Source: an uncultured bacterium
GTDB lineage: Bacteria > Zixibacteria > MSB-5A5 > CAIYYT01
DNA: 64,000 nt
Reading direction: 5' to 3'
NCBI GenBank assembly: GCA_963726455.1
Contig: CAVSCK010000004.1
Location: 672,001 to 736,000, forward strand
Below, in pieces: positions 28,804 through 40,738 of the stretch; position 1 is the stretch's first letter; each line of letters starts with the position of its first letter. The position numbers were made by a program, and so were the translations under genes. Under the pieces are notes generated by a model. The model worked only from the letters and a program-made list of their open reading frames with translations, was not told the DNA's origin and ran no database searches.

Positions 28804-30060
28804 CTAGGGCTCAACGAAAAGCTGCGGATGCCCGATCTTAAGCTGTGCCAACAGGCTCGAGTCCATTTCCGCCTGCCAGAGAGTCCGAGCCTTCGAGAGC
28901 TGCTCTACGGCAAGACCCTTAGCACCCTGAAGCTTCGTTTGTGCGAGGCTAGCACCCGCAAGCGAGCAGTTTTCCAGGTCAGCTCCTCGAAAGTCGGACG
29001 CAAAGAGACTGGCAGAAGTCAAATTCGCGTCTCGAAGAACCGCATTACGAAAGTAAGCACCCCCAAGATTCGCGCCCTCCAGGGAAGCACCGATGAGCTC
29101 GGCGCTGTCAACGGTTGCATAAACTAGCCGAGCAGCCTGCAAGTTCGCGTAATTAAGATTAGCTCTCTTCAGTATGCACCCCATAAGATCTGCACCCTCG
29201 AGGTGGGCCCCTTCGAGATCAACCCAATATAGCCTGTCATAATCTTTGGACGGCTCCTCGACAAGTTTCTTCCCTCTGAGATCGAGGCAGAAGAGACTTC
29301 GAAGAACGTTGGAGCTGAATGGAGAAATCCAGGTGGGGCGTCCATACGGAAAGCCAGCATTTGCCCAAGGCACAAGGAATCCCATCATCACAACAAGAAT
29401 CATCATATAGACAAGCCACTTGATCATTGGTTCCCCAATGCCCTGCAGGCCCACGCGTTTCACCAAGCCAGAGTTATAGTAACGGAACTCAAGATAGAAG
29501 GTGACTGTATATGCTATGAACAACAAGACTCCTATGACGATGGATTGAATCGCATCGTGCATAGCTAATGTCTTTACGAAGAATGCGAGAAGCGCAATTG
29601 GTAATAGATGCCACAAGATGCTTTGGTGCACAATGTACTGCATTTGGCCTATGAAAACGGGTACCCTATCGGCTCGGCCGTTTACACTCCAAGATCTCAG
29701 CCGAAAGCCCGAAGCATCCGAATAATCAGTTTCTGCTTCCCATATCATTCCTTTCAGCCGAAATTCGAATGTGACCACAAACAGAAAGAGCCCGATTAGT
29801 ACCAATGGTGCTGCTCGGAAAAATACATCTAAAGGAATGGAGACATTCGCTAGAGGCAAAATCACGCCCCGCTTGAAAAGTAATTGTTGGTCTGAAGTAC
29901 TCGCCGCGGTGAGAAAGCTATAGCTTACGAAACTTACATACAGAAGCCTAGCCTTCGAGGCAGATTTTGAGACTCCCTTGATGTTTTCTATCAGCCATTG
30001 GGGAATCTCGGGTTTCTTCGGCTCTTCAATGCTGTACTCGGAGTTGTTTTCCCCTACCAT
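28804..30060 (-). CDS. Membrane protein with C-terminal pentapeptide repeats
   Basis: About five TM segments, then A(D/N)LxG pentapeptide repeats. Confidence 0.85.
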   Translation of the reverse strand: MVGENNSEYSIEEPKKPEIPQWLIENIKGVSKSASKARLLYVSFVSYSFLTAASTSDQQLLFKRGVILPLANVSIPLDVFFRAAPLVLIGLFLFVVTFEFRLKGMIWEAETDYSDASGFRLRSWSVNGRADRVPVFIGQMQYIVHQSILWHLLPIALLAFFVKTLAMHDAIQSIVIGVLLFIAYTVTFYLEFRYYNSGLVKRVGLQGIGEPMIKWLVYMMILVVMMGFLVPWANAGFPYGRPTWISPFSSNVLRSLFCLDLRGKKLVEEPSKDYDRLYWVDLEGAHLEGADLMGCILKRANLNYANLQAARLVYATVDSAELIGASLEGANLGGAYFRNAVLRDANLTSASLFASDFRGADLENCSLAGASLAQTKLQGAKGLAVEQLSKARTLWQAEMDSSLLAQLKIGHPQLFVEP

Positions 30061-30125
30061 GTTACCAATATAGACAGTTTATGCAATCGCGCAAGGTGAG
30101 ACAATGGGCACGTAGCAAGGTGCCC

Positions 30126-31290
30126 CTACGGCTGCGTTTCCTGCGCCACCAACTGCCCGCAGGCGGCGGCGATTTTCAGACCTTTGGCTTTGCGGAAAGT
30201 GACTGCCGGACAGCGGGGATACAAGTATTCGCGGAAGCGGTCGATGGCTTCCATGGTCGGCGGTTTGAAATCATACGGAGTGAACGGTTTGAGCTTTGGT
30301 TGACTTGCGTGGTGCTTCACCACGAAGAGCTGCGAGACGACCGTGTTTTAGCCTCTTTGATCGGCGCCAGCGGCGGCCTTCGGGATCGACGATCGGATTG
30401 TAGGCGATCAGATTGACTTTGCACGGAAGTTTGCGGGTGAGGTCGGCCAGTTCTTTGGCGCATTCCATCGTGTCGGTGATACCGGCGATCAGATGTACTC
30501 CAGCGTCACGCGGTCACCGGCCTGCGCGATGTAATCGCGACAGGCGGGAATCAGCTTGTCCAAGTGGATTGTCTTTGGCGGCAGGAATCAGACGTTCACG
30601 TAATGCTTGAATCGGCGCGTGTAAGGACAACGCCAGACCAGACTTAAGACCGTGCTTGGTGAGTTCGCCGAAGCTGCTTGACCAACCCGACGGTCGAGAT
30701 CGTAAACTTGCGCGCGGAAAACGAGATGCCAAGTTCGGAGCTGGCGTTTCGATTGCATGAGATCACATTCATGAGATTCAGCAGTGGCTCTCCCATCCCC
30801 ATCATACACGACATTGGCAACACCCTTCTCGCCTGCCAGATCGTCGCGCCAGCACCAATTGCCCCAGCATTTCGCCGGGGTCAGGTTGCGTTTGAATCCG
30901 AGCAGACCGGTCGCGCAGAATTTGCAGCCGATCGTGCAGCCGACCTGGCTCGACATACAGAGCGCCAGTCGCCCGTGCACCGGAATCAACACCATTTCGA
31001 CCAGACTGTCGTCATGCATTTTCACGAGGAATTTGCGGGTGCCATCGTCCGGGTCGCGCTGTTCCTTGACGACTTCCGGCAGGACGATTTCGCATCTGGT
31101 CGGCGAGGTTATTTCGCAACGTCTTGTTGAAGCTTGTCATTTCGTGGAAGCTGTAAACCTCCTTCTGGTAGACCCACTGGAAAAGCTGGCGGCCGCGAAA
31201 CGGCTTCTCCCCCAATCCGCCATCAGCATTCTCCATCTCGTTGAGTGACAAGCCGAAAAGGTTAGTGCGCGAAGGTATTGACATGGCCAT
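30126..31290 (-). CDS. rlmN: 23S rRNA/tRNA m2A methyltransferase RlmN, several indels
   Basis: FRGRQLFQW, CMSSQVGCTIGCKFCATG, LALSLHA, VNLIAYN, IAAACGQL. Confidence 0.9.
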
Positions 31291-31340
31291 ACAAAGAACG
31301 TTTATTACGAGGTCTTGGCAATGGCTTTTTTGGAGGAACG

Positions 31341-32429
31341 TTGGCTGAAGTTATATCAATAGATGATTTAGTCGGCAGGTTAAACCGGCTGAAGGAGTTT
31401 CTTTGACCTCGACAAACGGGTCGAGAAGATAAAGCAGCTTGAGCAGCAGACAGTTGCCGAGAATTTCTGGGCGGATCAGGCCAAGGCGCAGGCGACGCTC
31501 AAGGAGATATCCCTCGAAAAGAAGTGGTTGGAACAAACTCGCCAGCTTGAGAAGTCGCTGGCTGACCTCGAAACGCTGGTCGAGTTGTCGCTGGATGATG
31601 CCGAACTTCAGAAGGAACTTGTCGGACTCGCGCACTCAATTTGACCAGAAGCTCGACGAATTCGAAATCCGGGCGCTGCTGTCGGATGTTGACGATCCCC
31701 GTGATGCGATTCTGACAATTCATCCCGGCGCCGGTGGCACCGAGTCGCAGGATTGGGCCGAGATGCTGCTGCGGTTGTACACGCGCTGGTGCGAGCAACG
31801 CGGATTTGAGGCCGACCTGATCGATTATCCAGTCCGGTGATGAGGCGGGAATCAAGTCTGCGACGTTGGAAATCAAGGGCGACTACGCCTACGGCTATCT
31901 CAAGAGCGGAGTCGGGCGTACATCGGCTGGTGCGAATTTCCCCGTTCGATGCCAACCAACGGCGGCATACTTCATTTGCATCGGTCTTCGTGTATCCGGA
32001 AGTTGGCGAAGATATCGCAATCGACATCAAGGCGGATGACATTCGCATCGACACCTATCGCGCATCCGGCGCCGGCGGGCAGCATGTCAACAAGACATCG
32101 TCGGCGGTCAGAATCACGCACGATCCGAGCGGCATCGTCGTGCAGTGCCAGACGGAGCGCTCGCAGTTGAAGAACAAGGAATCGGCGATGAAAGTGTTGC
32201 GGGCGCGACTGTATCAGCGGGCGCGCGAAGAAGAAGACAAGAAGCATGAGGAATACGCCAAGTCGAAGAAGAAGATCGAATGGGGCAGTCAGATCGGTCA
32301 TACGTTTTTCACCCATACAATCTGGTCAAGGATCATCGAACGTCATTTGAAACATCCGATACTACGGGTGTGATGGATGGTCATATCGATGATTTTATCA
32401 ATGCTTATCTCAACTGGAAAGATAAGTAA
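31341..32429 (+). CDS. prfB: Peptide chain release factor 2 (programmed +1 frameshift plus additional indels)
   Basis: GGAGG-TTG start; [11 protein letters not shown]; HRLVRISPF; [12 protein letters not shown]; IEWGSQI. Confidence 0.95.
31392..31407 (+). promoter_or_regulatory. RF2 autoregulatory +1 frameshift site
   Basis: Internal SD AAGGAG, 3 nt spacer, CTT TGA C; the +1 frame continues [16 protein letters not shown]. Confidence 0.9.
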
Positions 32430-32441
32430 TAGCGAGGCATT

Positions 32442-33441
<1,000 letters not shown>

Positions 33442-33526
33442 GCGAAATGTGTAGGGGCGAGTCGTGAGCGGCAAAGCTAAGGTGGACCCGAATGCGGTAG
33501 TCCCTACGAATTGGAGATGAAGGTTA

Positions 33527-33785
33527 ATGCCTACTTATTCTTATAGATGTCAGGCCTGCAAACACGAATTTGAAGAATTCCAGAAGATCACCGATCCGCC
33601 GGTGAAGGACTGTCCGAAATGCGGCGGCGTGGTGATGCGCGTCATCACCGGCGGCGCCGGGCTGATCTTCAAAGGCAGCGGGTTTCTACATCACGGACAA
33701 TCGTTCATCTGATTACAAGAAGGCCGCCAATTCGGAAGGTACATCTTCATCCTCAAGTTCGAGTTCGAAGAAGAAGAGCGACTAA
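33527..33785 (+). CDS. FmdB family zinc-ribbon regulatory protein, frameshift near the 3' end
   Basis: MPTYSYRCQAC..CPKCGG..FKGSGF. Confidence 0.85.
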
Positions 33786-33831
33786 GATCATCCGTTAATC
33801 AGATTTCATAGATCAGAGTACATGTACGAAA

Positions 33832-33860
33832 GCGCCGTCAGGAAATATTTCTGACGGCGC
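33832..33860. terminator. Hairpin or REP-like palindrome after FmdB
   Basis: gcgccgtcagga..ttctgacggcgc; twin of 7190-7216. Confidence 0.55.
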
Positions 33861-33969
33861 GACTGTTTAGCGTCTACTCCAAGGAGCGCTCGCTTTTTTG
33901 TTGAATTGGCTTTGTGGACACACGTATCTTTGCTGTAATGGAATCGCGGCACTCACAAAGGCGGTACTC

Positions 33970-34845
33970 ATGCGGCGTCTGATGATTATTCCGATATTGA
34001 TCGTGATTTCTCTCGTGTTGGTGTTTCTGATTCGCCAGCGACAGAAGGCGAATATACTGCCAGCCAACGTCGTCTATTCCTCCGGAAGCGTCGAAGCGAC
34101 GACCACAACGGTGAGCGCGCAAATCAGCGGCAAGATCCTGGTGAAGCGATTTGGCAAGGGCGACGTGGTTAAGCAAGGCGATACGCTGGTCTTGATCGAG
34201 CGCGATTTGCTGGATTCGAAGATGGCGGAACTGGAGACCGGCATCACGTCAACACAGGAGCAAATTGACGCCGGGCGGATAGATCTGGCCAACACGAAGA
34301 AGAATCTCGACCGCACCAAGCAGGCCTTCGACGCCGGGTCGGTGCCGCAGAAGGATATGGACAATTTGTCTTCGGCCTATCAATCGGCCAGCAAGAGACT
34401 ATCGGCATTGGAATCGCAAATTCAGTCCCTGGCAGCGCAGAAGTCATCGTTGCTTATTCAGATCGGCTACGCGACTGTTTTGTCGCCGGCGAACGGCTAT
34501 GTTCAATCAGATCCGGTGGAAGCCGGTGAAGTGGTTATGCCGGGCAGCCCACTGGCAGAGATCGTCGATCTCAGTGACACCTGGGTGGAAATCTATGTTG
34601 ACGAGACGGAGATTCCGTTTGTGCGACTTGGTGACACCGCTGACGTATATCTGGATAGCGATCCGCAAACTGCACTAAAGGGCACCGTGTCCTACATTTC
34701 GCAGAAGGCCGAATTCACGCCCAAGAACGTGCAAACGAAGAGGGAGCGGGTGAAACAGGTGTTCGCCGTGCGCGTGCGCGTTGATAATTCCTCCCAGAGG
34801 TTCAAGCCGGGCCTTCCGGTCGACGTGTATCTCAAGAAAACATGA
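33970..34845 (+). CDS. HlyD-family membrane fusion protein (YbhG-like)
   Basis: N-terminal TM, lipoyl and coiled-coil, AEFTPKNVQT motif. Confidence 0.9.
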   Translation: MRRLMIIPILIVISLVLVFLIRQRQKANILPANVVYSSGSVEATTTTVSAQISGKILVKRFGKGDVVKQGDTLVLIERDLLDSKMAELETGITSTQEQIDAGRIDLANTKKNLDRTKQAFDAGSVPQKDMDNLSSAYQSASKRLSALESQIQSLAAQKSSLLIQIGYATVLSPANGYVQSDPVEAGEVVMPGSPLAEIVDLSDTWVEIYVDETEIPFVRLGDTADVYLDSDPQTALKGTVSYISQKAEFTPKNVQTKRERVKQVFAVRVRVDNSSQRFKPGLPVDVYLKKT

Positions 34846-35765
34846 CAGCCGCAATTTCGGTCAAGGGATTGTGCAAACGCTTTGGCGAAGTCACCGCACT
34901 TGACAATCTCTCTATTGACGTCCCAGCCGGATCAATTTTCGCTCTGGTCGGCCCCGACGGCGCCGGCAAGACGACGCTCTTGCGAATTCTCGCGAGGATT
35001 ATGGATAGCGATTCCGGCACGATCAAGATAGCCGATGGGCGACCAGAGGACACTGCGAAATCGCACAGAGTCGCCATCGGGTACATGCCACAACGCTTCG
35101 GACTATACGAAGACCTCACGGTTCAGGAGAATATAGATTTCTTCGCTGACATGTTCGGTGTCCGCGGCACGGATCGTTCGGAACGCATAACCCGTTTGCT
35201 TTCCTTCTCGCGCATGGATCCGTTTACCGACCGTCTGGCAGGACAACTTTCCGGCGGCATGAAACAGAAGTTGGGGCTTGCCTGCGCGCTGATCCACAAC
35301 CCGGGAATACTCTTGCTGGATGAGCCGACTAACGGGGTCGATCCGGTGTCGCGCCGGGAGTTCTGGAAACTTCTCTATGATTTGAATCGCGCGGGAACGA
35401 CAGTAGTCATCAGTTCACCATACATGGATGAAGCCGAACGCGCTGGATACTTTGCCCTGATGAGCAAAGGCCAGCTTATCGCCGGTGGAATTCCCGCGGA
35501 TGAGCGCCGTCAGTTCAAGTATTCTGTCTATCAGCTTCCGACCGATCAGGCGCGGACATCAAAAGAGCAACTTGAATCTGCGCCGGAGTTCCGCTCGGTA
35601 AATCTGTTTGGAAACAGCGTGCACATCGTCACGGACAAACGAGTAACCGTCGACGGTGTTCGCGCAGTCATCGTTAATCGTGGAGTAGATGCTGCCGCGT
35701 TAAGCGCTATCACACCAAGCTTCGAAGATATCTATATCGGTCTCGCCGGTGGTCGCCATGAATGA
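34842..35765 (+). CDS. ABC transporter ATP-binding protein
   Basis: GPDGAGKT, LSGGMKQK, LLLDEPT. Confidence 0.92.
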   Translation: MTAAISVKGLCKRFGEVTALDNLSIDVPAGSIFALVGPDGAGKTTLLRILARIMDSDSGTIKIADGRPEDTAKSHRVAIGYMPQRFGLYEDLTVQENIDFFADMFGVRGTDRSERITRLLSFSRMDPFTDRLAGQLSGGMKQKLGLACALIHNPGILLLDEPTNGVDPVSRREFWKLLYDLNRAGTTVVISSPYMDEAERAGYFALMSKGQLIAGGIPADERRQFKYSVYQLPTDQARTSKEQLESAPEFRSVNLFGNSVHIVTDKRVTVDGVRAVIVNRGVDAAALSAITPSFEDIYIGLAGGRHE

Positions 35766-36687
35766 ACATGCCGTAAGTGTCACCAAGCTCCGCCGCCAGT
35801 TTGGAGATTTCGTAGCGGTCAATGATATTAGTTTCGAAGTTGACAAGGGCGAGATCTTCGGATTTCTCGGTCCGAACGGCGCGGGCAAATCAACCACGAT
35901 TCGCATGCTCTGCGGTCTGCTGCTTCCCTCCGGAGGTTCCGGCACGGTTGCGGGCTTCGACATCATGCGGCAATCTGAAAAGATCAAGACCAAGATCGGC
36001 TACATGTCGCAGAAGTTCTCGCTTTACCAGACGCTCACGGTCGAGGAGAATCTGGATTTTTATGCCGGAATCTATCTCATGGATCGCGACCTTCATGCAG
36101 CAAAGAAACAGGAGTTCTTCGAGACCACCGAATTGGGCAACGTGCGCAACCGGCTGGTGGCAACTCTGCCGGTCGGTGTCAGGCAACTGCTGGCGCTCTT
36201 TTGCGCAATTCAGCACGGACCCGAAATAATATTCCTCGACGAGCCGACGGCCGGCGTCGACCCGTTGTCGCGCCGCTACTTCTGGGAGCAAATCAATCGT
36301 TTGTCGGACCAGGGTGTGACGATCTTCGTGACGACGCACTACCTTGACGAGGCCGAGGAATGCGACCGCATTGCCATGATCTTCAATGGACGGCTGGAAG
36401 CCATCGGGCAGCCGGAAACGCTGAAGCGGACCCGGTTCCCCGGCACGATACTTTCGGTAACATCTGAACGCCCTTGGGAAACAGCAGACGATCTCAGGAC
36501 ACTTAATGGGGTCGACGACGTGACTCTCTTTGGTTCGGAGCTTCACATCACACTGGCCGCCGGGTACTCGCCCGCTCAGGTTCTGCAAGAAGTACAGAAA
36601 GAATCAGGCGCACAGATATCGTTTGAGCAGGTCACGCCTACCCTGGAGGATCTCTTCATCGCCCTGACGCGGGAGGAATCGAAATGA
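35758..36687 (+). CDS. ABC transporter ATP-binding protein (degenerate signature LPVG)
   Basis: GPNGAGKS, IFLDEPT, TTHY. Confidence 0.92.
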   Translation: MNEHAVSVTKLRRQFGDFVAVNDISFEVDKGEIFGFLGPNGAGKSTTIRMLCGLLLPSGGSGTVAGFDIMRQSEKIKTKIGYMSQKFSLYQTLTVEENLDFYAGIYLMDRDLHAAKKQEFFETTELGNVRNRLVATLPVGVRQLLALFCAIQHGPEIIFLDEPTAGVDPLSRRYFWEQINRLSDQGVTIFVTTHYLDEAEECDRIAMIFNGRLEAIGQPETLKRTRFPGTILSVTSERPWETADDLRTLNGVDDVTLFGSELHITLAAGYSPAQVLQEVQKESGAQISFEQVTPTLEDLFIALTREESK

Positions 36688-37805
36688 GTTTCCTGCGAAT
36701 CAGGGCAATTGCGCGGAAAGAAACCATACAAATTATGCGCGACTATCGTTCGCTGATTCTGGCGTTCTTGTTGCCGATGGTTTTGATCTTTCTCTTCAGT
36801 TATGCAATCACGCTTGATATTAAGCACATTCCTACGGCGGTAATTGATTATTCAAATACGGACTATTCGCGCGATTTGATTCGCAAGTTTACAAACTCCC
36901 GCTACTTCGAGCAGGCGCGACAGCCGGCAACTGAGAAAGACATGCAGGAAATGATCGATGACGGCAAGATCAAGGTCGGTATTGTCATCCCGCCGGACTT
37001 TGCAGACAAGCTGAATCGCGGCGGCGCTTCGATACTAACTATTGCGGACGGCGCGGACGCGAACACGAGCCAGTCAACACTGGCATACACTTCGCTGATC
37101 ATCTCAGAGTATAATCTCGACAGGTTGCAGAAGTCTCTTGGATCCCGTTTGGCAGCATCGCTCGTTGCGCCGGAGGTTCGTTTCTGGTATAACCCCGATC
37201 TCAACTCACAGAATTTTCTGGTACCCGGCCTGATCTCATTGATCATGACAATTCTGGGATCGCTGTTGACATCACTGACGGTGGCGCGCGAGTGGGAACG
37301 CGGCACGATGGAGCTCTTGATCTCGACGCCTGTCAAACCAATCGAACTGGCCCTCGGCAAGTTGATCCCCTATTACATCATCGGGATGGTCGATTTGTTT
37401 CTCGCCGCGTACGTTGGAATCGTCGTATTCGATGTTCCATTCCTCGGCAGTCTTTGGGTGCTGGCTATCTTCTCGACGTTGTTCCTGATGGCGGCACTTT
37501 CCATAGGTTACCTTATCAGTGTCAGTCTTAAGTCACAGCAAGCGGCTTACCAGGTGTCAATGCTGACGTCGTTCCTTCCCGGCTTCCTGCTTTCCGGATT
37601 TCTGTTTCCCCTATCCTCGATGCCGACAGCGATTCGCGCCATCAGTTTGATCGTGCCGGGGCGATATTTCATTGCGGCATTGCGGGGACTGTTTCTCAAG
37701 GGTTCGACACTGGTGCAGTTGCTGCCTGAGGCACTGGCGTTACTGGCGTTCGCCGGCGTGTTCGGCGCGCTGGCCATTGTCAAGTTCAGGAAAAAGATTC
37801 AATGA
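36684..37805 (+). CDS. ABC-2 permease (YbhS-like)
   Basis: RKETIQIMRD, WYNPDL, REWERGTME. Confidence 0.9.
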   Translation: MSFLRIRAIARKETIQIMRDYRSLILAFLLPMVLIFLFSYAITLDIKHIPTAVIDYSNTDYSRDLIRKFTNSRYFEQARQPATEKDMQEMIDDGKIKVGIVIPPDFADKLNRGGASILTIADGADANTSQSTLAYTSLIISEYNLDRLQKSLGSRLAASLVAPEVRFWYNPDLNSQNFLVPGLISLIMTILGSLLTSLTVAREWERGTMELLISTPVKPIELALGKLIPYYIIGMVDLFLAAYVGIVVFDVPFLGSLWVLAIFSTLFLMAALSIGYLISVSLKSQQAAYQVSMLTSFLPGFLLSGFLFPLSSMPTAIRAISLIVPGRYFIAALRGLFLKGSTLVQLLPEALALLAFAGVFGALAIVKFRKKIQ

Positions 37806-38929
37806 AGTGGCGACGCATTTATACAATCCTGGCAAAGGAATTTCAGGAGCTATTCCGCGACACGCGCATGCGCATGATAGTCTTTCTCGCCCCGATCATC
37901 CAACTCCTGATCTTCGGGTACGCCGCGACCTACGATATCAGGGAGATTCCGACCGCCGTGCTTGATCGCGACAATTCCACGCTAAGTCGCCATTTCGTAA
38001 ATCAACTGCAAGCGGCAAAGTATTTCACCCTGACCCAGCTTTTGCACTCACCATCTCAGATCGATTCGCTATTGGCAGACGGCACAATCTGGTGCGCGCT
38101 GGATATACCGGCAGACTTTGGCAAGGAGATCGCCTCCGGCAGGCCGGTCGACATCGGTGTGGCAATCGACGCCAGCAATTCCAACAGCGCTACGATCACG
38201 GCCGGTTATCTCGCAGGAGTAATCGCTCGATTTAATGAAGATCTGATCACGGAGCGCGTCGCTACGGTCTCGCCGGCGAAAGTCGGCCTCGTGGAGAATC
38301 GGATACGTATCTTGTACAATCCCGATCTTGAAAGCCGCAATTTCAATGTGCCGGCTATTGTCGTGCAGATTCTAGTGATCGTCACTCTCCTGCTTACGTC
38401 AATGGCTATCGTGAAGGAGAAAGAGTTCGGGACGATGGAGCAACTGGTTGTCACACCGATCAAGTCGAGTGAACTCATTATAGGCAAGGCCCTTCCCTAT
38501 GCATTCATTGGAATGTTTGACATCAGCATCATCTGCGCGGTCGCCGTATTTTATTTTCAGGTGCCACTGCTGGGAAGTCTGACGCTGCTCTTTACCACAT
38601 CACTGGTCTTCATGATGTCGACTCTGGCGGTTGGGCTGCTCATCTCGACAATTTCCAAAACCCAACAGCAGGCGATGATGACGGCGTTCTTCTTTATGAT
38701 GCCGGCGATTCTGCTCTCGGGATTCGCGTTCCCTATCGAGAACATGCCGGAGCCGATTCAGTACCTGACCTATTTGAATCCGCTCCGCTATTTCGTTGTC
38801 ATTATCCGCGCCATCTTTCTCAAAGGCGCACAGGCGCATCAGCTTGTCGATCAGATCGTGCCTCTGGTTCTACTGGGTGCCGGGACACTCTCGCTGGCGG
38901 CGCTATGGTTCCGCAAACGGACACGGTGA
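37802..38929 (+). CDS. ABC-2 permease (YbhR-like)
   Basis: KEFQELFRD, LYNPDL, KEKEFGTMEQL, LSGFAFPIENMP. Confidence 0.9.
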   Translation: MKWRRIYTILAKEFQELFRDTRMRMIVFLAPIIQLLIFGYAATYDIREIPTAVLDRDNSTLSRHFVNQLQAAKYFTLTQLLHSPSQIDSLLADGTIWCALDIPADFGKEIASGRPVDIGVAIDASNSNSATITAGYLAGVIARFNEDLITERVATVSPAKVGLVENRIRILYNPDLESRNFNVPAIVVQILVIVTLLLTSMAIVKEKEFGTMEQLVVTPIKSSELIIGKALPYAFIGMFDISIICAVAVFYFQVPLLGSLTLLFTTSLVFMMSTLAVGLLISTISKTQQQAMMTAFFFMMPAILLSGFAFPIENMPEPIQYLTYLNPLRYFVVIIRAIFLKGAQAHQLVDQIVPLVLLGAGTLSLAALWFRKRTR

Positions 38930-39057
38930 GCGAGAATGTATACAGGATGCAGGAGCGTAATGATTCACACAGAAAGGCAAGTAATCAGTGCAACTACCGT
39001 TTGGCCATGTCTGGGTCGATATCTAACATATATTGTGCAAGGTAATCTCTGTGGGAG

Positions 39058-40632
39058 ATGATGTTGACGAATACGTTGGAGCGATTTGAGGAGAAGTGGC
39101 AGGACCAGCCACAATATCTTTTTCTGTTGGCACTGGCAATCAACGCTACGGCCCTCGTGTTGTCCCATAACTATTTGGACGGCGACGCGCATACCAGAAC
39201 ATTCATGGCGCTTCAGTGGCTGAAGCATCCGTTCTTCATATATTTGCCGAACGACGTTACCTGGGTATTCGCTCCGCTACATTGTTATCTCAATGCCGCC
39301 GTACTGGCGGTCTGGAATAATCCACCCTTGGCGCCGAGAATCCTATCACTGGTTCTCACAAGTCTTACCATATTTCCGCTTTACTACTCAGTCCGAATGG
39401 TGTACGGCGTTCGAGCGGCATTCTATACGGCGCTCTTCTGCAGCTTCTGCACGCTGTTTATTCATCCGGCTGCGATTGCGGTGAGCGAAGGGATTAATGT
39501 CTTCTTCATTTTCTCCGCGATCTACTTCTTCCTGCGCTATCGGGACACAACGACCTGGCGGGACTTGATGTTAAGCGCACTGGCGGCACTAGCAGCCACC
39601 GCAATGCGGTACGACAGCGGGCCGCTAACGGCTATGATGGCGGTGCTGTTGTTCGTCAACGTCTTCACTGACAGACGCAGTGGAACGAATTACAGCAGGG
39701 CGAATGCAATGGTAAAAGCGTCTGTATTTGCGCTGGTCAGCCACGCCTTTGCCATCATGTGGATGCTGGCCCAATGGATAAAGCTCGGCAGCCCGACAAT
39801 TATGATGTCCGAACATCTGGAACTGCGCGAGATCAATCAGCAGATCGCCGAGTCAGGACGACTGTTTCTCACCGGATACCATCTGGCATTCCTGCCGGCA
39901 GTCATGTTCATTACCGCGCCGGTGGCATTTGTCGCAGGCACTTTCGGATTCTGGAGAACTGTGAAAGCGAGGACATTCAATCTGTTCTTCTGGCTGCTGG
40001 CCGCATTTGTGGTATACTATCTGCTCACATTCGTGTTCTCACTTTCCCGTTACCCGCTGGCAAGATTCACTACGCTCGGCGTCGTGCTGTGGCTCTGTTT
40101 CGCAGGAGCAGGCCTGGCCTATTTCGTAGATCGATTGTCGAGCGGATTACGGCGAATCGTCATGCTATTGCTTGTTGGTATAACTGTTGTCACACCTATT
40201 GGCTTAAGTTTCTTCTCGCATCCGAGCGATAATCCAATCGCAGAAAAGCTACGCGCTGTTTCACCTTTAACCAATCCGCCGGCATACTTTGCAGAGACAA
40301 GTGGTTACTGCAAAACCATTCTGGCACAAGGTGAGCGGCTGGTGCTGGACACGCGCAACTACAATGATCGCCTGCTCTACATTGATCTCTATCGATACTC
40401 CAAGCAGATCAATTACTTCTGGCCGGACAACGATTCGTTCGCACAGTACGTCAGGCAAGTCGTTCCGGAACATGTTCTTTACACCGACTATCCAGCCAAC
40501 AATCACGGCGTGTTCACGCGCTCCGACAAAGGTGATTCAGCATTGATCGCAGGTGTTCCCTATCTGCGGGAACGAACTTTCGGAATCTATACATTATATC
40601 GCCTGTCAAAATCCACTCTCACGACAAGATAA
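39058..40632 (+). CDS. GT-C fold membrane glycosyltransferase (ArnT/PMT family 39-like)
   Basis: Many TM helices; acidic DGD motif in the first loop; SE motif; RYD. Confidence 0.7.
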   Translation: MMLTNTLERFEEKWQDQPQYLFLLALAINATALVLSHNYLDGDAHTRTFMALQWLKHPFFIYLPNDVTWVFAPLHCYLNAAVLAVWNNPPLAPRILSLVLTSLTIFPLYYSVRMVYGVRAAFYTALFCSFCTLFIHPAAIAVSEGINVFFIFSAIYFFLRYRDTTTWRDLMLSALAALAATAMRYDSGPLTAMMAVLLFVNVFTDRRSGTNYSRANAMVKASVFALVSHAFAIMWMLAQWIKLGSPTIMMSEHLELREINQQIAESGRLFLTGYHLAFLPAVMFITAPVAFVAGTFGFWRTVKARTFNLFFWLLAAFVVYYLLTFVFSLSRYPLARFTTLGVVLWLCFAGAGLAYFVDRLSSGLRRIVMLLLVGITVVTPIGLSFFSHPSDNPIAEKLRAVSPLTNPPAYFAETSGYCKTILAQGERLVLDTRNYNDRLLYIDLYRYSKQINYFWPDNDSFAQYVRQVVPEHVLYTDYPANNHGVFTRSDKGDSALIAGVPYLRERTFGIYTLYRLSKSTLTTR

Positions 40633-40738
40633 ATCGCCTCACAAATCCGATCGGCTTGCCGATAAATATATAAAGCCGACATCGCGGAAAACGTTCCGCA
40701 TTGTTACAGAGATAAAAGAAGGCGCAATCGAACCAACA

